This document shows, piece after piece, positions 13,385 to 25,661 of a stretch of 64,000 nt of DNA; positions within the stretch are counted from its first letter, which is position 1, and every line of letters begins with the position of its first letter. The notes beneath the pieces were generated by a model, which saw only the letters and a list, made by a program, of their open reading frames with translations, was not told the DNA's origin and did not search any database. The stretch covers positions 4,962,149 through 5,026,148 of the forward strand of contig JAHRHZ010000032.1 in the NCBI GenBank assembly GCA_024137785.1. The letters run 5' to 3'. Source of the DNA: Ginglymostoma cirratum. Its lineage: Eukaryota. The position numbers and the translations under genes are program-made.

Positions 13385-14140
13385 TCATAATCCTCAATCC
13401 CCCTTATTGATTAACAATCTGTTTATCGCAGCCTTGAATATACCTAATAACCCAGACTTGACAGCCCTCTGTGGCAAGGAATTCCACAAATTCAATATGC
13501 TTAGAGAAGAAATTACTCATCATCTGTGTCTTAAATAGGTGATCTGTTAGTCTGAGATTATGCTCTCTAGTCCTAGACTCTCCAAATAGGGGAAACATAC
13601 TCTCTGCATCCACCCTTTAAAATTGCCTTATGCTTTAATAAAGTCACCTTTCATGCTTCTAAACTCCAATGAGTACAGCTCAAACTACTCAACCTCTTCT
13701 CAGAAGAAAATCCCTCCATACCAGGAATCAACTGAGTGAACCTTTTCTGGACTGCCTCCAGAGCCAGTATATGTATCCTTAGGTAAGGTACCAAAATTGT
13801 TCACAGTATTCTGGGTGTGGTCTAACTAATGCAATGTTTTGTTTTAGCAGCACTTTACTATATCTACACATGATTCCCTTTCAAACAAAGGCTGACAGTG
13901 CATTTGCCTTCTGTCTTATGTGCTGAACTTGTATGCTATCTTTTTGAGATTAATGTCTAAAGCCTCCCAAATTCCTCTGTACTGTCGCCTTTCTGCAGCC
14001 TTTCTCCATTGAAAGGATATTCAACTCTTTTATTCTTCCTGCCAAAGTGTCACATTATATTCCATCTGCCAGTTTCCACCTGCTCATTTATGCTGCCTAT
14101 ATCCCTCTGCAGACTCCTTGTTTCCCATGCCATTTTTGTG
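13385..14140 (-). mobile_element. CR1 LINE remnant (second subfamily)
   Basis: ORF 13404-13613 MFPLFGESRTREHNLRL...NFFS, typical CR1 ORF2 C-terminus. Confidence 0.8.
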
Positions 14141-14710
14141 TCATTTACGCACCCTCACTTCTTTCTGGGGGAAAGAACTCTTACTCGTAACCCTTCGCAT
14201 GAAGAAATTTCTCTTGAGTCCTGAGAGATTGAGGCCTTATTCAGAGATCATGGCCCCATGGTTTAGGTTCTCTGGCCAAAGGAAACTATTTTTAAGTCAC
14301 TACTTATCGAGCTCCATAATCTTGTACGTCTGGTGAAAGCGCTTTACTAATCATGTATGTGAATAAGAAAGAGCAAGTCCAATTACTGTATATCTTAAAA
14401 GTAAGGAGGTACAGCAAAACGTTCCTTAGTCATCCCAGGGAGATTTGTTCTTCAAAATTTCTTGGCTTTCCCGTTAGCTATCTAAATGTAATTGTGAAAA
14501 TAAAAATTTGATAGCATGTTATTAAGGCATTAAACAAATTACTTAGGAACTTGAGTAGTTGTTCCATACCAAAGAATTAAAAACTGAGCGACTGAAAGAC
14601 GAGACTATGGGTAGACAGACGTATTGATGTATTGAACAAAGACAAATAAGTGGCTGTTTGGGCTGACAACTTTATTTACTAGTATTGAGTGAGAGAGCAT
14701 TTACACTCAC

Positions 14711-15112
14711 CAGGGGGTTTAACCTTCACCTCCAGAATATTGGAAGATTTGCTGATTTTCTTCACCCATTGGTCCATCTGGTTTTGGTGCCACAGTTCAG
14801 CAATGCACTGGTATTTCCCAGCCTCCAAGTCACTGGCTTTATTGACCACCAGACGGATAGTATTAGACACCGTCTTTGTTATCATTATTTTATTTGTAAA
14901 ATTTGTCGCCTTATCCCCCCACGAAATGGACGTGTCACGGGCGAAGGTGATAATGTCATAGCTGTTGCTTGATCCAGCAGGCTGGAATTTCCACGTGACA
15001 GAAACTGAAACTCGAGAAGGATAGGTTGGTCTGATGAAACATTGAAGTTGAAATGCGTTATCATAGATCACTGATGGTGTTCGTGTTATGGCTGTAACAC
15101 TGAAACCTGTTT
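14711..15112 (-). CDS. IGSF3: IGSF3-like exon, Ig domain 5
   Basis: Acceptor ttttttacttcacAG, donor GTGAGT; 402 nt, phase 1-1 (G|AA=Glu). ETGFSVTAITRTPSV...LQCFIRP...VSVTWKFQP...ASDLEAGKYQCIAELW...SNILEVKVKPP matches recalled IGSF3 Ig5 (GFAVTAISRTP, ASDTEAGKYQCVAELW). Confidence 0.94.
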
Positions 15113-15224
15113 CTGTGAAGTAAAAAAAAAGGTATTACTATCAACTTCCAAACATTTCATGTAATAGAAAGATCTTTTCCCTTGCCACCTTCTCCTTCCT
15201 AAAGGCACCCACTTTTACTGAGTA

Positions 15225-16085
15225 TGAGTCATAGAGCTGTACAGCATGGAAACAGACCCTTCGGTCCAACATGTCCATGCTGACCAGATATCCTAAATTA
15301 ATCTAGTCCCAATTGCCAGCATTTGGCCCATATCCCTCTAAACGCTTCTTATTCATATATCCATCCAGATGCCTTTTAAATGTTGTAACTGTACCAGCCT
15401 ATTCAGACTCTTCCTATAGTTCTAATCGTCCAGCCCTAGCAACATCCTTGTAAATCTTGTGAACCCTTAAAGTTTCACAACATCTTTCTTATAACAGGGA
15501 GACCAGAATTGAATGCAGAATTCCAAAAGTAGCCTAACCAGAGTCCTGTACGGCTGCACCATGACCTCCCAACTCCTATACTTAATGCACTGACCAACTT
15601 TGATAAGCGTACCAAATGCCTTTTCTACCACACAGTTTACTTGCAACTCTACTTTCAACTATGAACATACCCCAAGGTCTCCCCAGGACGTTACCATTAA
15701 GTGTATAAGTCTTGCCCTACCAAAATGCAGCACCTCACATTTATCTAAATTAAACTCCATCTGCCACTCCTCAGCCCCTTTGCCTATCTGATCAGAGTTG
15801 CTTGTAGGCTGAGGTAAGCTTCTTTGCCATCCACTACACCACCAATTCTGGTGTAATCTGCAAACTCACTTACTATACCTCCCATGTTCACATCCAAATC
15901 ATTTACATAAATGTCAAAATGCAGTGGACTCAGCACCAATCCTTGCTGCACATCACCGGTCACTAGCCTCCAGTCTGAAAAGCAACCCTCCATGACCACT
16001 CTCTGCCTCCTATCTTTGAGCCAATTTTGTATCCAAATGGCTAGCTCTCTCTTTATTCCATGTGACCTAACCTTGCTAACCAATC
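15225..16085 (-). mobile_element. CR1 LINE remnant with internal deletions
   Basis: ORFs 15784-16083 (WIQNWLKDRRQRVV...VQQGLVLSP...FADYT) and 15467-15658 (CIQFWSPCYKKDV). Confidence 0.92.
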
Positions 16086-16932
16086 CCCAACTATTGTGGG
16101 TTGAATCCTACAATTTTGGTGAAGTGCAAAACGCATTGAGTTTTTTTTCTGAATGAGTCACTCATGAGGCCTAGTGAAATTTCTCATCCTATCTTACCAA
16201 ACTCACCTCATTAACTACCTACCTACCACTATGGTATCTCTCATGTCTCATTCGATCCCCATCTTAATATGCATCATTCGCCGAACAACTCAATGTTCAC
16301 CAGATATCCCTTGAAAGATCAACATCTCTAGCACTTGCACCATCTTTACAAGACCACTGTGTGCCTAAGCTAGCATCGACATTTCTTCAGGGCAATGAAA
16401 TGGCAGAGCAGCTGCAAAGTCATGCTGCTCCTGGCACATAGCTGGCGTGGCTGAGATTCCCTCACAGAAATAACCCCATTCTCTCACCCTGGTTGCTGTT
16501 TAACCACCAGGCCACAAACCTTATCAGTCTGATCTCTCTAAGTCAGTGCAAACCTGTCTCCAGTGTCCACTGTACACCTGTATATTATCAATGTCCAATA
16601 TTGGATATCAGATACCGGTAAGCAAACCTAGCAATTCCAAACACAAGGTTTATTTATAACCAGCAAAAGTGAACACAAACAAAACCAGTAAAGGCTGAAG
16701 TTCGCCCTTACATTGCTAGTCAAATGTTGGTATTACGACCACTGACTATTTTACATTCCATGTTTATCTGCTGCACCCAGCTCAGATCAACTGGAACCAG
16801 GTGTCTGGCTTGTGATGCCCAATGCAGCTAAGGCTATGCTCATTATCAATGTTTCCATCCTGTTGCTTGCAAGACTGCTCCTATTTGCCCAGCTCATCAG
16901 CACATATCACTGCCTCGTCGCATGTTCGAAGT

Positions 16933-17028
16933 CTGCAGAGCAACTCCCCCTTATTGGTCTAAGCAACGGAACCACATCTTCAGTACCCTTATCACCTGCT
17001 CCACCATAACCCTGGTCGTAGCATAGGC
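16933..17028 (-). mobile_element. PIF/Harbinger transposase relic
   Basis: Minus-strand reading AYATTRVMVEQVIRVLKMWFRCLDQ*GGVALQ matches the HARBI1-type C-terminal motif (TRxxVExxIGxLKxRFRCLDxSGGxLQ). The element probably extends further. Confidence 0.72.
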
Positions 17029-18389
17029 AACCATGAACGTTATCACTGAATTCAGTGCAGTCTTTCATAATACTTACATGACTTATAATGCAGCGAAGTC
17101 CCCCTCATCCCACAGCACCCTTGGAAGTTTCACAAGTGATAGGATGTTTTGCCCAGCATTGGTCTCCTTTTAAGTCATTGCCACTAACTTCTGCATCTTT
17201 GCTGGGATGCCAATATTAACTACGCAAGCACCAATGGCATAATGCAATCTTCCTTTGACCAGCAATTGATATCTAAGCATGTTTACTCTGCATGCATTGC
17301 AAATGGTTGAAGAAATGATTGCAAATGAAATATATCTGGAATTTACAAATGCATGGATCATCACTTTGCCCCTATAATATTCTGGCTCAACAACTGTGGA
17401 ACCCAATATTTTGCCCATTAAATGACACTGACTTTGCCCACCCCTGGCATTGTCCTAGCCATTTTCTAGGTGCAGTTAGCATTTGAAAAACAGCAAATAA
17501 TGGAAGGGAACACATCTCGCAGTGGACTCTGTCAGCACCAGGATTTGTCCAGTTGCCAGTTAACTCCCCGGAGCCTCAGCACCACCTAGTTTCTCACTCT
17601 TCCCCAATAGCCCATAAGGGCTAAATGTGACTGATTATCATGGATCATAATCCTGAGATGCTGCACGGTCCTGAGCAACAAGACGTCTCCAGACAGCCAG
17701 CGGTAAGGTTAAGTCGCTAGGCACCCACTGTAACTTCCACGTGGAGAATGCTTGACAGCTGTTTTGTTCAGCATGTGTGGTAAGATAAAGAGCTGAATAT
17801 TAATGAGGTGATTTGTGCCATTAAAAGGCATTTAACAAACTACAATCCCACTTAAGTGGCAACTCACTGTTGTCTAGTGAGAAACTTGCCTGGCTGCTTG
17901 ACACTGCATAAAAGATGCAATGAACTGTTCCTGATATCGAGATATTCCTGACTGGACTTCCCATCTGATTCTGCCATAAATCTCATCAGAGCCCATGACA
18001 TTCAGGCTCCTGCGAGATTCCACCCTAACTTACCAAAGGGATACTTCAACACAGCCAAGTTAGCTTTCAGATTGTCAAGCCTTAAAACAATGTTTTGGAC
18101 TTGGTTACAATCTTCCATCACCAGGCATATCATCTTAAAGACTCCTGAAGAAGATCCTAGCTACCCTCTGTCCCACCAACAAGCAGCCCTCTATCTCCTG
18201 CCCACCAACTCTGTGGAGGATAGTCATTAGCCAGTCATAAAATAGCTAACCATTATGGGAGAGGTAATCCGTGTACCAGGAATGCGTTGCAAAAGACACC
18301 ATGTGTACCTCAGCTCACCATAAATTGCACTGAGTGCACTGGCACTGTCCTCCTTACTGCTAAATATCTCCACAACTAAAGTTTTAACT

Positions 18390-18965
18390 AGAGATAAAAG
18401 GTACTGCAGATGCTGGAGAATCTGAGATAACAAGGTGTGCGGCTGGATGAACACAGCAGGCCAAGCAGCATCATAGGAGCAGGAAAGCTTGACATTTCGG
18501 GCCTAGACCCTTCATCAGAAANNNNNNNNNNNNNNNNNNNNNNNNNNNNNNNNNNNNNNNNNNNNNNNNNNNNNNNNNNNNNNNNNNNNNNNNNNNNNNN
18601 NNNNNNNNNNNNNNNNNNNNNNNNNNNNNNNNNNNNNNNNNNNNNNNNNNNNNNNNNNNNNNNNNNNNNNNNNNNNNNNNNNNNNNNNNNNNNNNNNNNN
18701 NNNNNNNNNNNNNNNNNNNNNNNNNNNNNNNNNNNNNNNNNNNNNNNNNNNNNNNNNNNNNNNNNNNNNNNNNNNNNNNNNNNNNNNNNNNNNNNNNNNN
18801 NNNNNNNNNNNNNNNNNNNNNNNNNNNNNNNNNNNNNNNNNNNNNNNNNNNNNNNNNNNNNNNNNNNNNNNNNNNNNNNNNNNNNNNNNNNNNNNNNNNN
18901 NNNNNNNNNNNNNNNNNNNNNCTGCTTGGCCTGCTGTGTTCATCCAGCCCCACACCTTGTTATCT
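18390..18965. mobile_element. Palindromic PLE-terminus mini-element (family A) spanning a 400-N gap
   Basis: Inverted arms either side of gap 18522-18921; TSD ctaaagttttaact at 18376-18389 and 18966-18979. Confidence 0.85.
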
Positions 18966-19285
18966 CTAAAGTTTTAACTCGTCGGAGGTGCAGGATTTCA
19001 GAAGATGCTTCCTTATATCAATTGTGATGGATCCAATCCAACATCCTCATGCTGAAAATATCATGCTGTACTCAGCCTATCAATATCCTCTGCACACATG
19101 TGTAATCCCAAAATTGAGATTTTTACATTATTACTGTAATGCATTATTCAATCAATACTTCCATTCCAACAACATAACCACTGTTACTCCAATCTATATA
19201 ACACTACTCCTTTTAGATATTCAGTGACTAGAGTAATGCAAGAAAATTTTCAGCCCTTGAGCTTTCTTTCGATGCGAATACTTAC

Positions 19286-19687
19286 CAAGAGGTGTTATCA
19301 CCGCTACAATATGAGCAGATTGCTTTCCTATCTGCTGCCAATCTCCACTTACGTTCATGATCCATTCAGTGATTGTACAAACATACTCTCCATCATCCGA
19401 TATCACTGAATTATGTAGCCGCAAGATGAAAGAATCTGGTTGCTGTTTGGTCAGCCTGAGTTCTCCATTAGCATCACGCTTACGGTAGAGTGTACCAATA
19501 ACCTGAGTACCATCCTGGTCCAAGCTGATGATATCGGTAACCTGTTTCTGCTTGTTGATTAACTGCCAGGCAACAGAAAGGCGGCTGTGGTTCCTGATTG
19601 CTGATTGAACATCACAAGTGAACTGGAGTGAGTTACCCTCCAAAACCTTAGTGGTATTACTGGTAACAGTTGTACTCAGGCTACTTT
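19286..19687 (-). CDS. IGSF3: IGSF3-like exon, Ig domain 4
   Basis: Acceptor tttcctgcAG, donor GTAAGT; 402 nt, phase 1-1 (A|AA=Lys). KSSLSTTVTSNTTKVLEGNSLQFTC...VAWQL...DDGEYVCTITEWIMNVSGDWQ...ITPL. Confidence 0.93.
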
Positions 19688-20179
19688 CTGCAGGAAATAA
19701 AATATTATTAGTTCAGTTAGTAGTTTTGTAGAAAGACAACTGTATAAGATTTGAGGATCCATCTTGTTTCAGATCACAGGAATCAATATGACTATGTTTT
19801 ATGAGAATTTGTCATAATACCATTCAATAATTGTTTTAAAAATAACTTATGTTTTACAGGCAACATTTCTTTCTCGCAGTGAGGACAAGTAATCGATAGA
19901 TGCTTTGATTAATGTTATCTTAATGCTGGCAATAATCCAGTTACACTATTGTTATAATTTCAGGGTAAACTGTTGAGGATTAACACTCAAGTGTGGCAGA
20001 GAAAGGGGAAGAAAGGTTATTCTATTGGTGGTTTTTGTCTTTGTCGATAAACTGTCCAGATTCAAACTAGATCAATTGGTCAGTAACCAATGTTAATATA
20101 TATAATATTGTCAATGCCAGAAGAAACACTTTTCTGTCATACTGAACCTTCAAAAATATGGTCTATAGTTTCAAAACCT

Positions 20180-21095
20180 ACCCGCTCCCAATTCCATTCC
20201 AGTTATCTGCTCCATCCGTCTCTCTGACAACAACCTGAGATTAAGCTCATCTTTCTGCAACTTTGGTGCCATGTTTGGTCCCGAGATGAACTTCTAATCT
20301 TATATCCATTCCATAACTAATATTGCATTTTCCACTGGTGATGCCAGCTGACTTTGCTTCTGTGTCAGCTTCACTGCTGCTGAAGTCCTCATTCTTGTCA
20401 CTGTTACTTGTGAACTCAGCTACCTTAATGTGTCTTTGGTGGTTGTGACCGGTATCCCACTTTCTGCCCTCCAAAACGCAGGTGCAGTGTTTTAACTGGC
20501 AGCAAGTCCTGTTCTCCTGTCGCTCCTATGCTCATGCACTTTATATTGGTCCCTGGTCTTGCAAGGCCTTGACTTTAAAATACCCATCCTTTTTTTTCAA
20601 ATCCCTCTGCAGTCTTGCCCCTCTCCAATCTGTAATCTACTTCAGCCCCTCTGAAATAGCTGCGCCGATTTAATTCTGACTTGTTGGGTATTCCTAACTG
20701 TAATTGCTCTGCCACTGGAGACCATGTCTTCAGCTGCCTGTGACCCATGCTCTGGAATTCCTTCCTGGCAGCTATCCTTCTTGCTGCCTCACTTGCCTCT
20801 ATTAACATATTCATTAAAATCTTCCTCTTTGATCAAACTCTTAAGCTCTTTATGTGAATCAGTGTCATGCTGTATTTAAAAAAACCAAAAAAACTATGGA
20901 TGCTGTAAATCAGGAACAAAAACAGAAGTTGCTGGAAAAGCTTAGCAGGTCTGGCAGCATCTGTGAAGAAAAATCAGTGTTAACGTTTCGGGTCCGGTGA
21001 CCTTTCCTCAGAATAGTGTCATGCTGTGTTTTACAATGCTCCTGTGAAGCATCCATGGACATTTCATTGCACTAAAAGTGCTACATGAGTTGCTT
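20180..21095 (+). mobile_element. L2-like LINE 3' remnant, interrupted at 20874-21014
   Basis: Degenerate L2-like 3' region (ctctggaattccttcc...ctctttgatcaa) and tail gctcctgtgaagc...aaaagtgctaca resuming after the insertion. Confidence 0.5.
20874..21014 (-). mobile_element. Single-arm PLE-terminus mini-element (family B)
   Basis: gttgctggaaaagcttagcaggtctggcagcatctgtg...taacgtttcgggtccggtgacctttcctcag; TSD agtgtcatgctgt at 20861-20873 and 21015-21027. Confidence 0.82.
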
Positions 21096-23165
21096 CTCCT
21101 CATGTTGCTCACATTGTGTCAGAATAAGTAATTCCTGATTAAACAATAGCTACTGTTAAATCAACACAATATCCAAACCATCTACGTTTATTTGTTTTGC
21201 TCTAATTAACCTGAAGTTTCCTAAATCTAGACGTAAGTGACATACATTCTTTAGATCTTCTGTTGGATTTGCTGCAGCCACTACCTTTAAGAAGCAGTTA
21301 GTGTGTACTACTCTTTGCATTTAAGTGAATAAAAACTGCTTTGAGAGAGGTAATACTATTTTTCAAAGAATGTAATTCAATTGTGTTTTAGTATAACCTT
21401 ATTACAGCAAACGCTGTTTTAAATTTTTAGCCTGAGTACACAGCATAGTCATGTCGTGCATTTTATGTTTGGAGAGATGACATAACATAAGGCCAATTTA
21501 TTTCAAATATGCATACCAGTAATAGAAAAGTTAATTTGCTTGCATCATAGCAACACCACCCAGGTTATTTTCTAGATAAAATCAAGCTTTTCAATTCATG
21601 GGAAATGAGGTGTTACCTTAGGAAGATGACTTCTGTATTGGCCGTGAATAATAACTGTTGCAAATAATACATTTACAATATGGTCGAGTGAACTATTTTG
21701 GTTGGGCTTGCTGCTTCAGAGGGACATTTCAATTTCAATTCATACTTCCAAACACAGAGAGATTAGAAGCGTGGAAGCTATTATTGGCAATGTTACTGTA
21801 GCGTGTACATGCCAAATTTTATTTTAGTGGAAGGATTAACTCATGAGAAAGTTAGAAATTGTGGGCAACATAAAATCATGGCATAAGAATTAAAAGTAAT
21901 ATTAATCACAAATGTAGTTGCTATTGAGTTCTCTCTGGAATAAAAGTTATAAATTTATGAAGTTTACTATTTTAAATATAACATTTGGACTTCATCAGAT
22001 TTTGATCTTCATTTGAACTACAGTAGCAGTACAAGTGGTAAATATGGAAAATGCATCTCAAACGATCAGTGACTGAAGAGGGACAGGTAGAAATTAAGAT
22101 AGAGAAATGGGTAGGAACTGTCTTTGATCACTCATCCCTATGAGCAAGTGTTTCAGTACATCGTTTTAACATTATTGTCTTCATTGTCCATCAATTCTTT
22201 TTGAAACCCTGAAGACCTGAATTCAGAGAACTTCCAATAAATGAATGTCAGTGTGAAGTGAATTCATGATCATTTTTATTTCTTCATGGCAGACTCACAT
22301 ACTTTCATGTGGAAAGAAATTTTAAATCTGACATTAATGCCATGACTTACTGCTGTTTTGTGGAAGTATAGTTTCTATCATTTTTAAGGGAAGATGAAAG
22401 GCAAAAACATCAAAGGAAATGCTCTCAATGCTAACACTGACTTGTGATTTTCAGTCAGTCATTCTGGTCAGCTTTTGTTTGCATCTGTATGAACAGTGGA
22501 ACTGACATCAGAGACCGCAGGCAGAGATCTGACAGACTAAGTCATCACTACAGTCGCTTCTTGATGAACAAAAGCTAATGTCACTCAAAATCAAGAAGTT
22601 CCTTTAAACCCATGTGTTTTTGGCAATATTTCTGCATAACAGCAAAATTAGTGGGTGAAGCTTTCACCCTGTGACATTGTTCATCTTGACTCCTAAAATG
22701 ACAAATCTACGTTTATTTTTCAAATATGTTTTAGACCTGATAACTGGGCCACATTAAACCCAAATTCCTTCATGAAGAGCTAACAGAAACAAGTAGAACC
22801 TTTCATAACCATGGGAAAGTTCTTTTTTCACTTTTGCTGTTATCACATTGATAAGAGCTGCGTCACTAAGCAACAATATTTCTGTGCCGCCTAGAGCAAC
22901 CTTGACAGTTGGAGAACTGCGACTTAACTGATTAGATTCATTGAATTTAAAACATGAGACAAGATCAGTTGCAGAGAAAAACTACTTGTGACTAAAAAAA
23001 AAATCACAGTAACTAGAGGCACTGCTTCATCAAATCAACTTCTTTGTCTGCCTGAAAGAGCACACAGAGGATTCTGGAATCCTTCTGCAGTTATTCCAAG
23101 TTACCAACAGATTTCATGTCATTAATTCTTTTAAAAATGAAAGCTTTATTTAGATAGTTACTTAC

Positions 23166-23555
23166 TGATAGACTGGACATGGATCAAAACTTTAGGAGAT
23201 TTGTTGGTATCTCTGGCAATGAATTCCCTCGTCACTGTTTTCTCATGCTCTGTGGCCCGACAATGGTATTTGCCACTGTCCTCCAATTGAACATGGTAGA
23301 TTTTCAGCAGGTATGTTGTATCTGTCTCCTTTGTGAACCTTACATATCCCAGGCGATCTCTGTTTGCATATTCACCATTGACTGTTGCTACAGCATTACG
23401 GCCAATGTTGGCAATTTGTGTGCCATTAAAAATCCACAACACAGAAAAATATCGATCCTGTATGTTTTGAGCTTCAATGGTACATCTTATTTCCATGGTA
23501 TCTCCAGCTATGAGAATTTTCCTTTCATTCTCTAACTGAACATTGAAGTTCTTAT
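23166..23555 (-). CDS. IGSF3: IGSF3-like exon, Ig domain 3
   Basis: Acceptor ttctgttctAG, donor GTAAGT; 390 nt, in frame with the previous exon (G|AT=Asp). DKNFNVQLE...RCTIEAQNIQDRYFSVLW...LLKIYHVQLEDSGKYHCRATEHEKTVTREFI closely matches recalled human IGSF3 Ig3 (EAQNVPDRYF, LKIYHLRQEDSGKYNCRVTEREKTVTGEFI). Confidence 0.94.
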
Positions 23556-23743
23556 CTAGAACAGAATATAGACGTGCAGAAAAAAATTAGAGCGAGCGAA
23601 TTTAGTAATGAAGAATTATAAACAGAAGTTTGTTTTACAGGTCCTAAGATCATACCCGCATGGTGCAGTTTGTCCTCCCAGCCTTTAAACCTTCCCTGCC
23701 TCTCTCCTAAAGAATTTAACTCTATCTGGGATATTTTATCTGC

Positions 23744-23955
23744 TAAAAACAAATAACTGTGGATGCTGGAGATCTGAACCAGAAACAGAAATTGCCGGTG
23801 AAACTCAGCAGGTCTGGCAGCATCTGTATGGAGAAAGTAGAGTTAACATTTTGAGCACAGTGTTCTGATGAAGAGTCACCAGAATCGAAGTGCTTTCTTC
23901 CACAGAAGCTGCCTGACCTTCTGAGTTTTGCCTGCAAGTTATGTTTTTATTTCAG
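23744..23955. mobile_element. Palindromic PLE-terminus mini-element (family B)
   Basis: Inverted arms (aaactcagcaggtctggcagcatctgt / cacagaagctgcctgaccttctgagttt); TSD attttatctgc at 23733-23743 and 23956-23966. Confidence 0.78.
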
Positions 23956-24278
23956 ATTTTATCTGCCGTTTGGCATAGTATTTTCATGGAGTCATAGAGT
24001 CATTGTGGTACAGAAAGAAGCCAACCCATGACAATTCTTTGGAAAAATAATCCACTCACTTCATTCCCCATGGTCCTGCAAGTGTATTTCCACTCAAATG
24101 CCTACCCAAATACCCTTTAAAATCACTTCCCTCACCCTCATGGCTAACGGGTTCTACTAATCAGCACTCACTGAATAAAAAGATTCTTAGAACATAACAA
24201 ATTAAGAAAAGTAGTCCATCTACCCCCTTGAACCTTTAATAAGATGCTGATTGATGTGTTTGTGATCTCTACTTATTC

Positions 24279-24617
24279 TTTTTTATTATTCATTCATGGG
24301 ATGTGGGCGTCACTGACTAGACCAGCATTTATTGCCCATCCCTAATTGGCCAGAGGGGCAGTTGAGATCAATCACATAGCTGTGGGTCTGCAGTCACATG
24401 TAGGCCAGACCAGTTAAGGATGGCAGTTTCCTTCCCTAAAGGACATGAGTAAACCAGATAGATTTCTCCAACAATCAACAACGGATTTGTGGTCATCATT
24501 AGGCTCTTTAGTTCCAGACTGTACTACTGTGGCAGAATACAAACTGTAGTCCCCAGAATATTATCTGGGTCTCTGGATTAACAGTCCAGCAATAATACCA
24601 CGAGGCATCGCCTCCCC
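24279..24617 (-). mobile_element. tRNA-derived SINE, nested in a CR1 remnant (about 24190-25110)
   Basis: Reverse complement of the 54633-54994 copy. Confidence 0.85.
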
Positions 24618-25661
24618 ATCTACTTCCCTATCTACTTACTATTTAAACCTCTTGTTAATCAAGAACCTATCTAATTCAGTCTTAAAAATGTCCAATGACC
24701 TTGTCTGCACCACAGAGAAGAGAATTTCATAAAGGAAAAAATTCTTCTCATTTACTTCCAAAATGTGAAACCCCTTATGTTGGAGCTGGACTAGATAACA
24801 GAGCTGGTGCAGGGAGCTCCTTCTACGCTAAATTAATTCTGTGAGTCTTTGTTGTTTAAATTGTGTTCCCTAGTTCTAGTCTCTCCCAGAAACACTATTC
24901 GTTTTTCTAAACTCCAATCGATACTGACCCAACCTGCTCAACTTATTCTCTAAGATAAACACTTAATGCCAGGAATCAGTTGAGTGGACCTTCTTTGAAC
25001 TACATCTATTGCAATTATGTCCTTTATTAAATGAGGAGACAAAAACTAATGTCGTCTCACCAATGACTACAATTGTAACAAAACACTTCTGCCTTTACAA
25101 TCAATTCCCTTCCTCATTCTTTTTGTGATCTTTAACAGTGTAATGAACCATCATCATTAAACACTTTTTCTCCCTCAGGAGTGGGACTGTTCTCACTTGG
25201 CTCTGCTCTAGATTTTTTTAAAAAAGCGTAACCAGAGCATCTCTGGTATTGGAACTGAAGAGTCATTTTGGACTGAAAATATTAGCACTCCCTCCTGCAC
25301 CCTCCCCACACATGTGGTGTCAGACTCGCTGCGTTTCTCCACCGTCTTAATTTTATCAAAGGGTTGAAAGCTCGGCAGCTCCTGGGGCTACAGTCGAGCC
25401 AGGCAAGGACCCTGCATCCTCCAGACGGCAGCAAAAATATCTTTTCGAAAAATAAGTCTCAGTGCTGGACGAGAAAACCCGCTAAGGGAAAATTGCTGGG
25501 AGACTGTAGAGTGTGTCCTCCCTGCCTGTGGTCCCCACTTTGCTTTAAGAAAGCAAACAGTGCCCCCTCTAACTGGGCATCCACTGGGAGGTCACCTTGA
25601 TTTAAGTGACAAATGGTCGGCAGTCAATCCACCACTGACAAAATGCCAATTGCCCTGTTAG

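Noticed and set aside
5503-19027. Long ORFs containing X runs (5503, 18437, 18471, 18515; also 43898, 43959)
   Set aside because: Artefacts of translating through N gaps inside repeat arms.
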